Source of the DNA: Squalus acanthias
Lineage: Eukaryota
Direction: 5' to 3'
NCBI GenBank assembly: GCA_030390025.1
Contig: CM059432.1
Span: 114,826,001-114,890,000, forward strand
Length of the DNA: 64,000 bases
Notes under the pieces: generated by a model
What the model was told of the DNA's origin: nothing
Databases searched by the model: none
The model's input: only the letters and a program-made list of their open reading frames with translations
Part shown: in pieces, positions 37,855 through 51,842 of the stretch
How the letters are laid out: every line of letters starts with the position of its first letter
Position numbering within the stretch: the stretch's first letter is position 1
Program-made: the position numbers and the translations under genes

Positions 37855-39170
37855 TGTATTTGATGATGACACTCGGGGTGATTTTTCCCGGATACTTTAG
37901 GCACTAAAGAGCCTCTGAGGTGGCCAAGATGGGGTCTTGGGCTGAAACATCGGTTTAGCCATTGAAGCACGCTAGGAACAGCCAGCCGGAGGATCATTAA
38001 GAGGCAGATTGCCACTTAAATTGCCTGCTAGCGCTCACTAACAAGGCTACAACGACATTTTGGTGGATAGCACTTGACCTAACACCCTCTCCTAACAGCG
38101 ACTAGGTGATTGGGAGTAAATAAGTCATTGCTGAGGATTTGAGCGCAACTTAAAGGTATATCACTTTTTACTCTTCACTTGCTGCTGGAAGTTTGAAGAA
38201 GAATTTTGAAACACATCAGGAGACATTTGTCAAGTTTGCCAAGACTTCACCAACACTATCAAAATTTATTCCAGAAATTCTCTGAAGACTTCTCCTAAAA
38301 AGATTAAGGGGGCTAAATTCGGTTGATTTGCACCTCCTGTTAGCGCCCTAAGAGGGCCGGGCTCGTTTGCCGGCACTCCCAATCCCTGGTGGCCCAGCTG
38401 GGCGCTGGGACGCACTGCGCCAGGCCCCTCCCCTTTAATAAGGGGGGGGAAAGCCTGCAATACCACGGCGCGACGTGCCATGATATTGTCTCGCAGCGCC
38501 CCAAGAGGGACGCGGGGTGCTTCCAGTAGCGCCCCTCCTCCCTCTCAGAGCGCTACCTGGGAAAATCGGCCACGGGAGCGCTAACATTTTTGGGGCGCTA
38601 AAATTAACGCCCCGGCGAAGGTAGCGCCCCTACCCCTAAGTGCTGTACCTTATTGGATACCTTATAGGAGTCAACAGGAGAAAGGGAGTGCTTGGTCATG
38701 GGTATCTTACTCGGGGTCCCCCTTGGTCTGCAGGAGGAATGGGAGGACATGAGGCCAGGCAGAGCAGCACCAGGAGGGCGAGGTGGACTCCTTCCCCACT
38801 GCGGGTACAGGACATCCCTCCTCCTCCACTAGGACCTCCAATGCTGCATCCGAGAACCTGTGCGCCCTCTCACCCGGTTCCTAAGCCATCCTGAAACCTG
38901 CCACTGAGTGCCAGCCAGCCCACACCACACCTTCAGTGGAAGTGGTTGCGTGGAGCCCATGTATACTGCTCCACGAAAATTGTGCCTAATCAGCGCTTGA
39001 GTGCTAAACCTGCATGTGTCTGTTTTAGCACCTCCGGGCAAGTTCAAATTATGGTAATCAACAATTAGGACCAAAATTGTATGCTAAATCCAGACTTTCA
39101 AACAGCCGTGTCTTATTAGCACAACACCCATTTAGCACCTATTTTCACCCTTTCACCAAAATAACCCCGA
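37855..39170. mobile_element. Degraded GGG-ended (Harbinger-type) element with a nested GC-rich element at about 38308-38980
   Basis: ggggtgattttt ... aaaataacccc ends; repeated agcgcc/ggcgct motifs inside. Confidence 0.5.
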
Positions 39171-39393
39171 GTATCTAAAGTAGAAAGCTGCTACATTTTC
39201 CATCAACATGATGTGCACAAATGCTAAACATCAAAATGTAAACTAGTAAATTGCTCGCAGCGATTTATCAACTGCAAGATACCGATTGAGTTTGGAGAGA
39301 GACTTCAGAAACTCACTCCACAGAGCTACCTAGTGGTCAGAACCTGCAACAATGCCATTAATGTTGACACAGCAAGACTGAATGGAAAACGTT

Positions 39394-39730
39394 GGGCTGG
39401 ATTTAATCAATGGGGGCGGGACTGCTGGTTGTCGGGTTTCAGTCCCGCCCCCAACGACGTCCGGCCAACCCACACTATTTTCCCTTGATTGACCTTGTTA
39501 AGCCCACCATGCAGGCTTAGCAGGCCAATTAAGGGTAAGCCTGTGACAGAGGAAGTCAGCGTATGACGTTTCATTTGTCAAAAAATTTTGACAGATGAAT
39601 TGTCATCATTTGACAGCTTTGAGAAGCTGTCAAACACTGACAATCTCTGTTCTTTGGTGAGTCCTTGTACTGAAGACTTACCAAACCTCTTTCCTGAGCA
39701 GAAATCAGATGGCTGTTGCATCGGAGAATG
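39394..39730 (-). mobile_element. Harbinger-type non-autonomous element (copy D, truncated)
   Basis: gggctggattt end; collinear with 22900-23090 plus 24444-24590 and has no insertion in the hairpin. Confidence 0.8.
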
Positions 39731-40222
39731 ATGGAGGAGAGAGTTTCAGATTTCCACCACCCTTTGTGTGAAGTGGTACTTCCTGGCATCAGCACAGAAT
39801 GGCCTAGCTCTAATTTTAAGGTTATGCCCCCTTGTTGTGGACTCCCGCACCCTCCATCTATCCTATCAAATCTTTAATCATCTTAAACACCTCAATTAGA
39901 TCACCTTAATCTTCTTTATTCAAGGGAATACAAGTCTAGTCTATGTACCTGGTCTCATAATTTAACTCTTATAGCCCCAGTATCATTCTGGTGAATCTGC
40001 ACTGCACCGCCTCCAAGGCCAATATATCCTTCCTGAGGTGCGGCACCCAGAACTGAATGCTTGTACTCCAGATAAACCAGAGCTTTATACAACTGTAGCA
40101 TAACGTGCATACATTTATATTCCAGCCCCTTGAGGTAAAGGCCAACATTCCATTAGTCTTTTTAATTATTTTTTTTGTACCTACCCACAATGATTTCTGT
40201 ACTTGGACACCTAAATTTCTCT

Positions 40223-41660
40223 ACTATAAAATAAAAACAGAAAATACTTGTAATACTCAGCAGGTCAGGCAGCATCTGTAGAGAGAGAAACAGAGTTAAC
40301 GTTTCAGGTCAATGACCTTTCATCAGAACTGGAAAAAGTTAAAGATGTAACAGGTTTTAAGCAAGTGCAGAGGCAGGGAAAGGGGGAGGGGAGTAAAAAA
40401 AACAGAAGAAGTGAAGATCTGTGATAGGGTGGAAGGCAGGAGAGATAAAAAGAGAAAAGGGATGACGGTATGAGGCAAAAGGAAATGGTAATGGGACAAG
40501 TAAAGGAACAAAAGATGGGTCTAGAAGAGGTGTAAATGGCAATAGCAGAATCATCAACAGCTTCCATCTGAAAAAATAGGGGCAGAGTTTATGATCAGAA
40601 ATTGTTGAACTCGATATTGAGTCCAGAAGGCTGTAAAGTGCCTACTAGAAAGACGAGGTGCTGTTCCTTGAGCTTACGTTGAGCTTCGTTGGAACAGTGT
40701 AAGAGGCCAAGGACAGAGAGGTCAGAGTGGGAGTGGAGCGGAGAATTAAAGTTACAGGCGACCGGAAGCTAGGGGTCACGCTTTGCGGACTGAAGGGAGG
40801 TGTTCTGCAAAGCGGTCACCCAATCTGCGTTTGATCTTCCCAATGTAGAGGAGACTGCATCGTGAGCAGCAAATACAGTATACTAAATTGCAAGTACAAC
40901 AAGTAAATTGCTGTTTCACCTGGAAGGAGTGTTTGGGGCCCTGGACGGTGGGAAGGGAGAAGGTAAAAGGGTAGGTGTTGCATCTCCTGTGCTTGTACAG
41001 GAAGGTGCCGTGGGAAGGGGACAGGGTGTTGGGGGTGATTGAGGAGTGGACCAGGGTGTCGTGGAGGGAGTGGTCCCTTCGGAATGCAGAAAGGGGAGCG
41101 GAGGGGGAAGATGTGTTTGGTGGTGGGATCAAGCTGGAGGTGGCAGAAATAGCGGAGGATGATCCATTGAATGTAGAGACTGGTGGGGTGAAAGGTGAGG
41201 GCAAGGGGAACCCTATCGTGGTTCTGGGAGGGAGGGGAAGGGGTGAGAGCAGAAGTGCAGGAAATGGAACGGACACGGCCAAGGGCCATGTCAACCACGG
41301 TAGAGGGGAATCCTCAGCTGAGGAAAAAGGAAGACACTTTGAAAGCACTGGTATGGAAGGTGGCATCGTCAGAACAGATGCGACGAAGACGGAGAAATTG
41401 GGAGAATGGGATAGAGTCCTTACAGTAAGTGGGGTGGGAGGAAGAGTAGTCCAGGTAGCCAAGGGAGTCAGTGGGCTTATAGTGGATGTTTGTTGATAGC
41501 CTATCCCCAGAAATGGAGACAGAGAAGTAGAGGAAAGGAAGGGAAGAGTCGAAGATGGACCATGTGAAGGTGAGAGAAGGGTGGAAATTGGAAGCAAAGT
41601 GAATGAAATTTTCCAGTTCAGGGCGAGAGCAGGAAACGGCACTGATACAATCATAAATGT
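40223..41660 (-). mobile_element. Penelope-like retroelement, 5'-truncated (RT C-terminus, GIY-YIG endonuclease, pLTR)
   Basis: FTCCTCNLVYCICCSRCSLLYIGKIKRRLGDRFAEHL; 14-bp TSD acctaaatttctct at 40209 and 41661. Confidence 0.9.
40294..40330 (-). ncRNA. Minimal type-I hammerhead ribozyme motif
   Basis: Minus strand AGTT-CTGATGA-a-AGGTC att GACCT-GAA-ACGT-T-AACT. Confidence 0.75.
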
Positions 41661-41909
41661 ACCTAAATTTCTCTGCTCCTTCAGTTTCTAGCTTCTCACC
41701 ATTTCAAAAATACTTTGATTTATCTTTCTTAGGTCCAAAGTAGATGACCTCACATTTCCCCACATTGAACTCCATCTGCCATTGTGTTGCCCACTCACTT
41801 AATCTATCAATATCCCTTTGCAACTTTCTGCTCCCATCTACACTAGTTACTGTGCCACCTAACTTGGTGCCGTCAGCAAACTTGGATATACGGCTCTCTA
41901 TCCCTTCAT

Positions 41910-42302
41910 TGCTGCGTTTATCCTTCTTGGTGGTAGAGTTCCCAGGGGAGGGAGGAGCTGTTGAAGTAACCTTGGTGAGTTGCTACAGCGCATCCTGTAA
42001 ATAATACATACTGCAGCCACAATGCGCAGTAATGGAGGGGGTGGGTAATTAAGCCAATGGCAATGGTGGCAATCAAGTGAGCTGCCCTGTCCTGGATGGT
42101 GTTGAGCTTCAATTGTTGCTGTAGCTGCACCCATCCAGGCAAGTGACGAGTATTCCCTCACTCATGACTTGCGCCTAGTAGATAGTGGGGGGGCTTTGAG
42201 GGGTCAGGAGGTGAGACAATCGTCGCAGAATACCAAGCCGCTACCCTGCTCTTGTAGCCACAGTGTTGATATGGCTGGTCCAGTTAAGCTTGTGGTCAAT
42301 GG
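41910..42302 (-). mobile_element. Zenon-like CR1-group LINE fragment
   Basis: EYSSLAWMGAA, LNTIQDRAAHLI. Confidence 0.75.
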
Positions 42303-43254
42303 AGACAGGATTTCAGCTGTGTAAACTGTAAGAAGAAGCTACAATCTGCAGACAGTGCCATAATGAAGTTAAGACCAGATTACAGACTGTCTTCCCTCTG
42401 TTGCTAGCCAGACTGTCACATTTCTGGGAAACATCCTTGGTGAGTTGATAGCTACCGCCATGCACTTGTTAGACCGACTGCCTCTTTTTCTGAACACCAG
42501 TGACAGCTTCCCATCCCCAATGCTGGAAGGACAATAAATAATTCAATAAATCAATCAGAAGTCTAGTAACTAGCAATGAGAAAATCTGAGGCACTACTGC
42601 TAAGAAAACAAGTTAAAAAATGGAGAGATGCATACTATAGGGATTAGTTTGTTATAGGGCAACAAAGGGATAATCTGTGGAGACATTCTGCCACTTGACA
42701 GTGTACCTGAATTAATTTTAAGGGGGCATGGTCTTCATAAAATGTGTTGCACAAACATTTTATTCTTGTTCAGTCAGGTAAACAACCATTATTGGTGTCT
42801 TCCAGAAGTGATACAATGATGCTCTTCAACCAACTCTATGTCACTGTGTTGTGTGTTTGTGAACAACAGGAAACATTTTTTTTTAAAGGTTTATTTGTCA
42901 CAACAGCGTCCCATTAAAACATAACAAAATATAAATGAATTAATGCAATTTAACTAAGCTTATATATCTGACAAGGAGAAAAAAATTAGTGAAGTTCTTT
43001 TTGGAGGATAAAGGGGGATAAAAGGTTAAATGTTGCTATTTTTTGTTTGGTTTCTTTCCTAAAACAGCAATTAAAAACTTACGTAGTCCAAAATTGAGTT
43101 AGTTTCTATCTATCCATCTGTCAATCTGCCAGTCTACCTATCTAGTAACATTCTGTCCGCACATCTGTTTAGTTGTAGTGTCAGTATCTGTAGTCTCTAC
43201 TTTTTCTGCTTTCCCTATCTGATTAGATGGTGTAGAAATTGGTTCATGCCAGCC

Positions 43255-43905
43255 TAACGGCACAAACTGGTCATAGGGATCCAACCCTGCATCGAAACAG
43301 GTAGGCTCAAGAAACACCTGATATTGGGCCCGGGCGAGCTGCAAACTCCCACAGGGCATCCCCAGGCAGTTCACCAGCAAAGAGGATTTTAAATTTTGGG
43401 CTAGCTGCGTCGTCGGTAGCGGCCTTAAGGTAAGTCCTGGAGGTGTGGAGGGGGTGGGGGAACCGATCAGGAGGGAGAGGGGATAAGCGATCAGGAGTGA
43501 GGGGGCACAACGATCGGGGGAGAGGGAGATGGCTGATCAGTAGCCTGCAACAGGTCATCGACACTGCAAAGCATTCCTGGCTCCACATTTAGATAATTAT
43601 TTTTGTAAAAACTTTCATCTTTTGGTGGCTGCCTGCAGCGGTAGCTTTAAGGAGCACATGTAGACCACATTTTCTTCAACACAGCCGGCAACCCAATTTT
43701 GCATAGGGGGTCTCAAACAGACGTTAGGCCCCCTATTTGCATATGCAACGGGTCTGACGCCTGTTTCACATCTTTTTCTGCCTTCACCAAAATGGCAGGC
43801 GGCCCACTTTCAGCTCATAGTAAGCTCCTGCTATACTAGAGTCTTCGGCCGGCGCCCGTTTTACACTCGAGAAACAGACACGCCGCTATCGAATTTTTGG
43901 GCTGA
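43255..43905. mobile_element. Probable degraded non-autonomous DNA transposon
   Basis: GC-rich island with cgatc(a/g)gg repeats like 4839-5545; ends not resolved. Confidence 0.4.
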
Positions 43906-44019
43906 TATTTTAGCCTTCTCTCTAAGATATCCAAGATATTTTGCACTACACAAAAATATTATTTTTAATTGGTTATTAAAATGACAAATCACATCCTATA
44001 AAAGAATAATTCAGCCTAA

Positions 44020-45336
44020 CATCGGTACTGGGAAACATTTAGAGACAATAATCTGGGACAAAATTAATTGGCATTTGGAAAAGTATGGGCTGATAAATTA
44101 AAGTCAGCACGGATTTGTTAAAGGCAAATCGTGTTTAACTAACTTGATTGAGTTCTTTGATGAAGTAACAGAGAGAGTTGAGGAGGGTAGTGCGGTTGAT
44201 GTTGTGTAGATGGACTTTCAAAAGGCATTTGATAAAGTACCACGTAATAGACGTTAGCAAAATTGAAGCCCATGGGATTAAAGGGACAGTGGCAACGTGG
44301 TTGTTTTTCAGACTGGAGCAGGGTATACAGTGCTGTTACCCAGGGGTCAGTATTAGAACCACTGCTCTTTTTGATATATATTAATGACCTGGACCTGGGT
44401 AAACAGGGCATAATTTCAAAGTTTGCAGAGGACACGAAACCTGGAAATGTAGTAAACAATGAGGAGGATAGTAACAGACTTCTGGAACACATAGACAGAC
44501 GGGTAAAATGGGCAGACTCAAAGCAGATGAAATTTAACGCAGAGATGTGTGAAGTGATACATTTTGGGTAGAAGAATGAGGAGAGGCAATATAAACTAAA
44601 TGATACAATTTTAAAGGGGGTGCAGGAACAGAGAGACCTGGGGGTGTATGTACACAAATCTTTGAAGGTGGCAGGACAAGTTGAGAAGGCTGTTAAAAAA
44701 GCATATGGGATCCCTGGCCTTATAAATAGAGGCATAGAGTACAAAAGCAAGGAAGTTATGCTAAACCTTTATAAAACACTGGTTAGGCCTCAGCTGGAGT
44801 ATTGTGTTCAATTCTGGGCACCGCACTTTAGGAAGGATGTCAAGGCCTTAGAGTGGATGCAGAAGAGATTTACTAGAATGGTACCAGGAATGAGGGATTT
44901 TAGTTATGTGGATAGACTGGAGAAGCTGGCGTTGTTCTCCTTAGAGCAAAGAGGGTTAAGAGGAGATTTGGTAGAGGTGTTTAAAGTCATGAACAATTTT
45001 CATAAGAGTAAATAAGGAGAAACTGTTTCCAGTGGCAGAAGGGTTGATAACCAGAGGACACAGATTTAAGGTGATTGGCAAAAGAACCAAAGGCGACATA
45101 TGGAAACATTTTTCACACAGCGAGTTGTTGTGATCTGGAATGCACTGTCTGAAAGGATGGTGGAAGCAGATTCAATAGTAACTTTCAAAATGGAATTGGA
45201 TAAATGCTTGAAGGGAAAACATTTACAGGGCTGTGGGGAAAGAGCGGGACTGATTGGATAGCTCTACCAAAGAGCCGGCACAAGAACAATGGGCCGAATG
45301 GCCTCCTTCTGTGTTGTATCAATTTATGATTCTATG
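44020..45336 (+). mobile_element. CR1 LINE, 5'-truncated
   Basis: RT motifs and LYKTLVRPQLEYCVQFWAP; tatgattctatga tail. Confidence 0.92.
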
Positions 45337-45394
45337 ACAGTCCCTGCCAGAATTCAAACTCAGAGGCAGGCTACTGATAGTAGGACAGATGTTG

Positions 45395-46364
45395 TGGTCT
45401 ACATTAACGACTTGGATATGAATGTAAAAGGTATGATCAGTAAGTTCGCGGATGATACAAAATTGGTAGGGTGGTAAATAGCGAGGAGGGTAGCCTCAGT
45501 CTGCAGGACGATATAGATGGGTTGGTCAGATGGGCGGAACAGTGGCAAATGGAATTTAATCCGGAAAAGTGCGAGGTGATGCACTTTGGAGGGACTAACA
45601 AGGCAAGGGAATACACAATGAATGGTAAGACCCTAGGCAAGACGGAGGGTCAGAGGGATCTTGGTGTGCAAGTACACAGATCCCTGAAGGCGGCGGAACA
45701 GGTGGATATGGTGGTAAAAAAGGCATATGGGATACTTGCATTCATTAGCCGAGGCATAGAATATAAGAGCAAAAAGGTTATGATGGAGCTGTATAAAACA
45801 CTGGTTAGGCCACATCTGGAATACTGTGTGCAGTTCTGGTCGCCACACTACATGAAGGATGTGATCGCTTTGGAGAGGGTGCAGAGGAGATTCACCAGAA
45901 TGTTACCCGGGCTGGAGTGCTTCAGCTATGAAGAGAGACTGGGCAAATTGGGTTTGTTTTCCTTGGAGCAGAGGAGGCTGAGGGGGGACATGATTGAGGT
46001 GTACAAAATTATGAGGGGCATAGATAGGATGGATACTAAGGAGCTTTTTCCCTTAGTAGAGGGGTCTATAACAAGGGGGCATAGATTCAAGGTAAAGGGT
46101 GGGAGGTTTAGAAGGGATTTGAGAAAGAACTTTTTCACCCAGAGGGTGGTTGGAGTCTGGAACTCACTGTCTGAAAGGGTTGTGGAGGCAGGAACCCTCA
46201 CAACATTCAAGGAGCATTTGGATGAGCACTTGAAATGCCATAGCATACAAGGCTACGGACCAAATTCTGGAATATGGGATTAGATTAGACAGGGCTTGAT
46301 GGCCGGCGCGGACACGATGGGCCGAAGGGCCTCTATCCGTGCTGTATAACTCTATGACTCTATG
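45395..46364 (+). mobile_element. CR1 LINE, young 3' fragment
   Basis: Uninterrupted 270-aa ORF2 C-terminus; ctctatgactctatga tail. Confidence 0.95.
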
Positions 46365-47971
46365 AGATGTATTATAATATTAAACTGTTGTGAATTCTGC
46401 AGTGTGGATCCCAATTTGTTTCTACTAATGTGGAATGGAGAAGCATGGGGAGTAGGACTGGTACTGCCATTTAGTGGTGAAGCGCTTTATGTGTTTCGAC
46501 TAGTAGATCCGATGTACAATTTTCCACCCTCTCTTTCTCGCACCCCAATCCTCTAGCCTTCAGTGGAACTATGACCATTATGGCATCAGCTTATGACCTA
46601 TACTTCCCCGTTCTCGTTTTGTTGAGCCTCCCATCCTTAATATATTGTCATCTGAGTTAGCCGAGGTCTTATTCCTGCTTTCTCCACTCTGTTGTCCCTA
46701 GTGACCATCTATATCCTTTCTGTAAAAGTCTTTCACTTTATCCCCCTCTCTCTTGCTCCTCGTTTGTGTTCTTCTGCCCTGATTTCTTCTCTCCTGCATG
46801 TGCCCCTTTCCCACCCCTCTCCCCTGCACTCTTCTCTTCCTGTCTTCTCCCGAGCCTTTCTCTGTATTCCTATCTCTACATCGTCCCTATTCGAAACATG
46901 TGGGAAACAGATGTTTCGGTGTTTCTTTTAAGGCCTTAAAGGGGTTTATTTTGTTATTTCAACAATATAGATGCTTTAAAAGTAAGAAGTGCAAGATCCA
47001 GTGAGAAAAACAGCAGAAGAGGAGCAACATGTTGGATGGTGCATTCTGGGATGGGTGATCTGTTGTACAAAGAAGCTGAATATTCCAGCTCCCAGGTGTG
47101 GGAGGAGTTTCCAACCAGTATCGCGAACTGAAGCGTAAAGCAGAAGGCCAAACAGGCTTGACTGAGATTTAGCCCAAGGCCACAGGGGGCAGTCTGTGGC
47201 AGCAAATGGGAGCCAAGGCAGGAGTGGTCAACTGGGGCAGGAAGCAGGGCCCAAGCCAATTACAGCTGAGGATCGATACAAGGCCATTTGGAGCAGATAG
47301 TGCCAGCACCTGAGGCGGGAACAGCCATGCAGGATATTGTGTTAACGGGGCGGGGCGGGGCGGGGAGGGGGCAATTTAACATGTTACTATGACACTTCCC
47401 AGTCTGCTATTTTAATGAAGGTGTTAGCCTTTTATTTTAAGTAATTAATGCCACTTTTAAAATATAAATACATTAAGCACTCCTATGCTAGTATCGCAAA
47501 CAGTAATTTCTAGGCTTATACATGGTTAATTACAGAAGGACAGTGATCAGTTGAGAATCTGTAGTTACGATACATTATTTGCAATTACAATAAGCATATG
47601 TATGGATAATCAATGCTTTGTCTCAGGGTGCTTTTCCAATTTTGTTTCTATGGCTATATGTTTTTAAAAAGTTGCATCCTGAAAAAAAAATTGTATTTCT
47701 CCAACCACTGACAGGCGTGCTTTCAACATTAATTAACTCTAGCAATGAATAGGTTGCATCTACCAACCTAACTTCTGCCCTGCACAACAAAGTTATTGTA
47801 TTTGCATATGCATTTTAAAAATGAGAGGACACAGATATGGGTCAGGGAAACCCCCACCTCTTTTATGATTATGTACCTCAAAGGGGTGTTACTGCCTCAA
47901 TGGAGAGTTTGAGAATGCCACTGTAATGAAACCGTCAATAAATAGGCTGTTTTTATTGTTATTTTTGTTAA

Positions 47972-48096
47972 GCAAGGGTATCAAGGGATATGGAGCTAAG
48001 GCGGATAAATGGAACTGAGGTATAGATCAGCCATGATCTAATTGAATGGCGGAGCAGGCTCGAGGGGCTGAATGGTCTACTCATGTTCCTATGTTC
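47972..48096 (+). mobile_element. CR1 3' tail
   Basis: atcaagggatatgg...gaatggcggagcaggctcgaggggctgaatgg...gttcctatgtt. Confidence 0.8.
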
Positions 48097-48899
48097 TGCT
48101 CCTGTATGCTATGTCCGACAGTAGAATGTTTGGGCTGCATTGCAGCCTTTTATAATATTTTATAATATACCTTTTATAGTTTTCACTAAAGCCAACAGAA
48201 AGTATAATATATGCATACTAGTGGCAGATGCGATCAGTGATGATATGATATCATCATGCTAAAGATTGTATTGTCATTCTCTCCTTTTGTTTACGAACCT
48301 CTCCAGTGTTTTGCCATATAATTTACCAGACAAAAATGGTCCTTTCATAAAGCTTTCATGTGATTGCTTTGCATCCCATATAATCTCTATAAAAATGTAT
48401 CTATTAATCTAATGGTTTCATAGCTCTGGAGGATTCAAGTCATTTCCAATCTATGAATGTTCCTATGGAAGGAAAAGGAGTTGCATTTAACATGTAATTA
48501 GTCTTCACTAATCTCAGCTAGTACTTTTATGAAAATTAAACTCAACTGCCCTAGTAAATCTGGGATAACAATGATTTCTAAATGTAGCAAACTAATGGGA
48601 CTCCACTTCAAAGGAATCTCCTCAGCTGATGGCTGAGGATAATTACAATTCTGGGGAAATGCCTCTGACTTGTCCTAGTTGTGTCAAGACCATGCACCAT
48701 GCAACAGAATGAATTGTGAGTACCTGAGTGTGCTTATGTGGGAGAAGAGGGTGATATGGGAAGCAGTTGCTATTCTCAGATGACTCCATGATATCACAAC
48801 ATCTGTATAAAAGCAAATGTTGTAACGGTGGCCCTATTGATATGGCAATGCATGGGTCAGCTGGATTGATTGAAATCCACCTGGATTAATCAAAACCCT

Positions 48900-50250
48900 A
48901 GAGTTTCCGTAGGGGTTCTCCCGACCTCTCCTCTTAACTTTGGCAGAAACCCTGGCAAAATGGCATAAACAGACGCTTATGCAATTTCTGCAGGGTTTCC
49001 GCTGATCGATGGTATAGATTATTTTGAAAGGCTTTGAGGTCTAAATTGATTAGCACCCAAAACTGGGTGTGATCCGTGCGATGCAGAGCCTGAACAGAGG
49101 ACTGTCCTAAATTGGTCCCCGGGTCTCATCATAACTGCAGCTCACTGTGGGTGTTAATTGGGCTTCCCAGTCAGGGCCTGACCAATTTCGACTGGTTCCT
49201 GCTCCTCCTGGCTCCACATTAAGGTAGGTTAGAAAAACTGACCGGCAGGCTTCCTCCACAGCTTCCAGCGATCCCTTTACGAGGTCACTATAAAGCCTTG
49301 AAAAAGTAATTAGAGCTTGCAGAAACGTTGAATGACAACCTGATGTGGCCGATGTCCTTGGAGTGGCTTGGATGGATGTGGTAGCAGAAAGGAAGAGCCA
49401 CCCCTGGTTCAGGTATTGTATACAGGTCATCCTGCAGCAGATGGTGCAAATGATGCCTTCTGAAATAGAGGTGGTGAAGACAGACCTCCTCTGATACATC
49501 CAAGTACACGTGGAGGGGTCTATAAATGCAAGTGACGGTAAAACATCTCAGGTTTTGTTGCACCTACATATGTTGGCCCCTTCATTAACTGTAAAATGGA
49601 AGAGATTTACGACAGGGAGCCAGGGAAAACTTTTTGCACAGAGGGTTGTGGGGTTCTGGAATGTACTACCAGAATTAGCAATTGAAGCAGAGACCATGTC
49701 AATAGTTAAGATTAGGTTAGATAGGTGTTGAAGGAAATGGAGATAAAGGGATATGGGAACAGGGTGGGCACGTGGAATTAAGGCTACTGCTCGTGTGGGG
49801 GGTGAACAACATGGGTGGTTGGGCCAAACAGGCTGCTTTCGTTGTGTAATTTCTGTAAAATTCTATGTAACTCTTCTTCATCTAAAGCATCTAGTACATT
49901 TGAAACCCCAGAAGAAATGTCTAGATTCACCACTTTGTATAGAATGCCAACAGCATTCAAGAATAATGAAAGGAAGCCTTGGCAGCCAGAAACCCAAAAT
50001 GCAGAAGAGCACCCAACAAAAACAACTAATGCATGGAGCAAAATGCACTAAAATTATAACTTAACTGCCAACTGCACATGTACCTTTCTTTAAGAAGAAT
50101 GCTTCAGCAGGTTAGGCTCAGGAACCCAATGCACCCATTGCAACTTGGCGACCTTGTGCATTCCCTTGCCTGCTGCCAGGAATTCCAGAGAGATTTACAG
50201 TTATACAATGGTAATGAGGTCTGCGTGGTCTCACTTTTGCAGCAGAAATA
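48900..50250 (-). mobile_element. Third, very decayed Harbinger fossil; CR1 tail nested at about 49600-49870
   Basis: SEEVCLHHLYFRR..HLLQDDL...ALP..DIGHI resembles the N-terminal part of the 2553-3763 transposase. Confidence 0.45.
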
Positions 50251-50944
50251 GCTGATTTTCTGACTATGCCCACTTCCTGCAAGATTCCCAGCTGTCTCAA
50301 AATGTATTCTACAGTGCTAATAAGGTTACAAAACCTTGTCAAATTAATATCTAGGTTACATCATATGGGCTATTCATCTTGTTATGACAAACCAATACCT
50401 TGGCTCCCAAAAAATGTCTTTAAAATAGATTATGGTTTGGAACAACTGATTGCAAAATACAAGATGTGTTACATTTAGTGTACACGACTCTGTCTTAATC
50501 CAAAAATGTAAAGAATGTGCTTTAGCCTTTTGTGATGGGCTTGCCATAATTCTTTATCACATTAAACTCTGTGACATCACCCATTACTGTTCTGAATACT
50601 GCTAACTACCTTAACTTGTTACACATCAACTGGTCATGGAAGTGAATTTTGAAGGAGGAGTTTTGCTTACCTTGATGAACACTAAGTATCATACCTACAA
50701 TTTTTCAAATCAAAATGTCTGTTGTAGTAACCTATCCTGTCAGTGACGTGTAAGTGCTTCACTTCATCGGTATAGACCCAATGAAGCAACAGTAACCAAT
50801 ACACCATTAAGGATTACTTCAGGGATTCCCAGACATGGTGCTGCCTTTCTTTTTTTGTCTAGGGATGGAGAGGAAAATGCCATCAAATTTCCTCTTCAAA
50901 TAAAATGTATCCACTTTGAAAGTACTCCAGTTTCAAGTTGTGTC

Positions 50945-51842
50945 TAAGCTGTGAGGATGACACAAAGAGCCTGCAAAGGGATATAGACAGGTTAAGTGAA
51001 TGGGCAATAAGGTGGCAGATGGAGTATAATGTGAGGAAATGTGATGTTATTTACTTTGGTAGGAAGAGTAGAAAAACAGAATATTTTTTAAATGGTGAGA
51101 AACTATTAAATGTTGGTGTTCAGAGAGATTTAGGTGTCCTCATACAGGAAACACAGAAAGTTAGCATGCAGGTACAGCAAGCAATTAGGAAGGCAAATAG
51201 CATGTTGGCCTTTATTGCAAGGGGTTTGGAGTACAAGAGTAAGGAAGACTTATTACAATTGTACAGGGCTTTGGTCAGACCACAGCTGAAGTAGTGTGCA
51301 CAGTTTTGGTCTCCTTATCAGAGAAAGGTCATATACTTGCCTTAGAGGCGGTGCAACGAAGGTTCACTAGATTGATCCCTGGGATGAGAGGGTTGTCCGA
51401 TGAGGACAAATTGAATAGATTGGGCCTATATTCTCGAGAGTTTAGAAGAATGAGAGGTGATCTTATTGAAACATATAAGATTCTGAGGGGGATTGACAAG
51501 ATAGATGCTGAGGGGTTGTTCCCCTGGCTGGAGAGTATAGAACTAGGGGGCATAGTCTCAGGATAAGGCGTCGGCCTTTAAGACTGAGATGAGGAGGAAT
51601 TTCTTTACTCAGAGGGTTGTGAATCTTTGGAATTCTCTACCCCAAAGGGTTGTGGATGCTGAGTCGTTGAGTATATTCAAGGCTGAGATAGATAGATTTT
51701 TGGACTCTAGGGGAATCAAAGGATATGGGGATCGGGCGGGAAAGGGGAATTGAGGTCGAAGATCAACCATGATCTTATTGAATGGCAGAGCAGGCTCGAG
51801 GGGCCGTGTGGCCTACTCCTGCTCCTAATTCTTATGTTCTTA
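50945..51842 (+). mobile_element. CR1 3' fragment, same subfamily as 7729-9117
   Basis: SCEDDTKSLQRDIDRLSEWAIRWQMEYNV; ttcttatgttctta tail. Confidence 0.92.

Larger units (their letters stand above)
39745..41910 (-). mobile_element. CR1 fragment split by a Penelope insertion
   Basis: FWVPHLRKDILALEAVQCRFTRM; continues at 41661-41910. Confidence 0.8.

Noticed and set aside
45471..46283. Functional reverse transcriptase gene
   Set aside because: 5'-truncated CR1 ORF2; no LINE in the window is full length.
50671..50858. Possible RIMS2 cassette exon (acceptor ccatccctAG, DKKRKAAPC..., donor CAAG|GTAAGC)
   Set aside because: The phase-compatible frame hits a stop after about 31 codons and resemblance to the known cassette is negligible.
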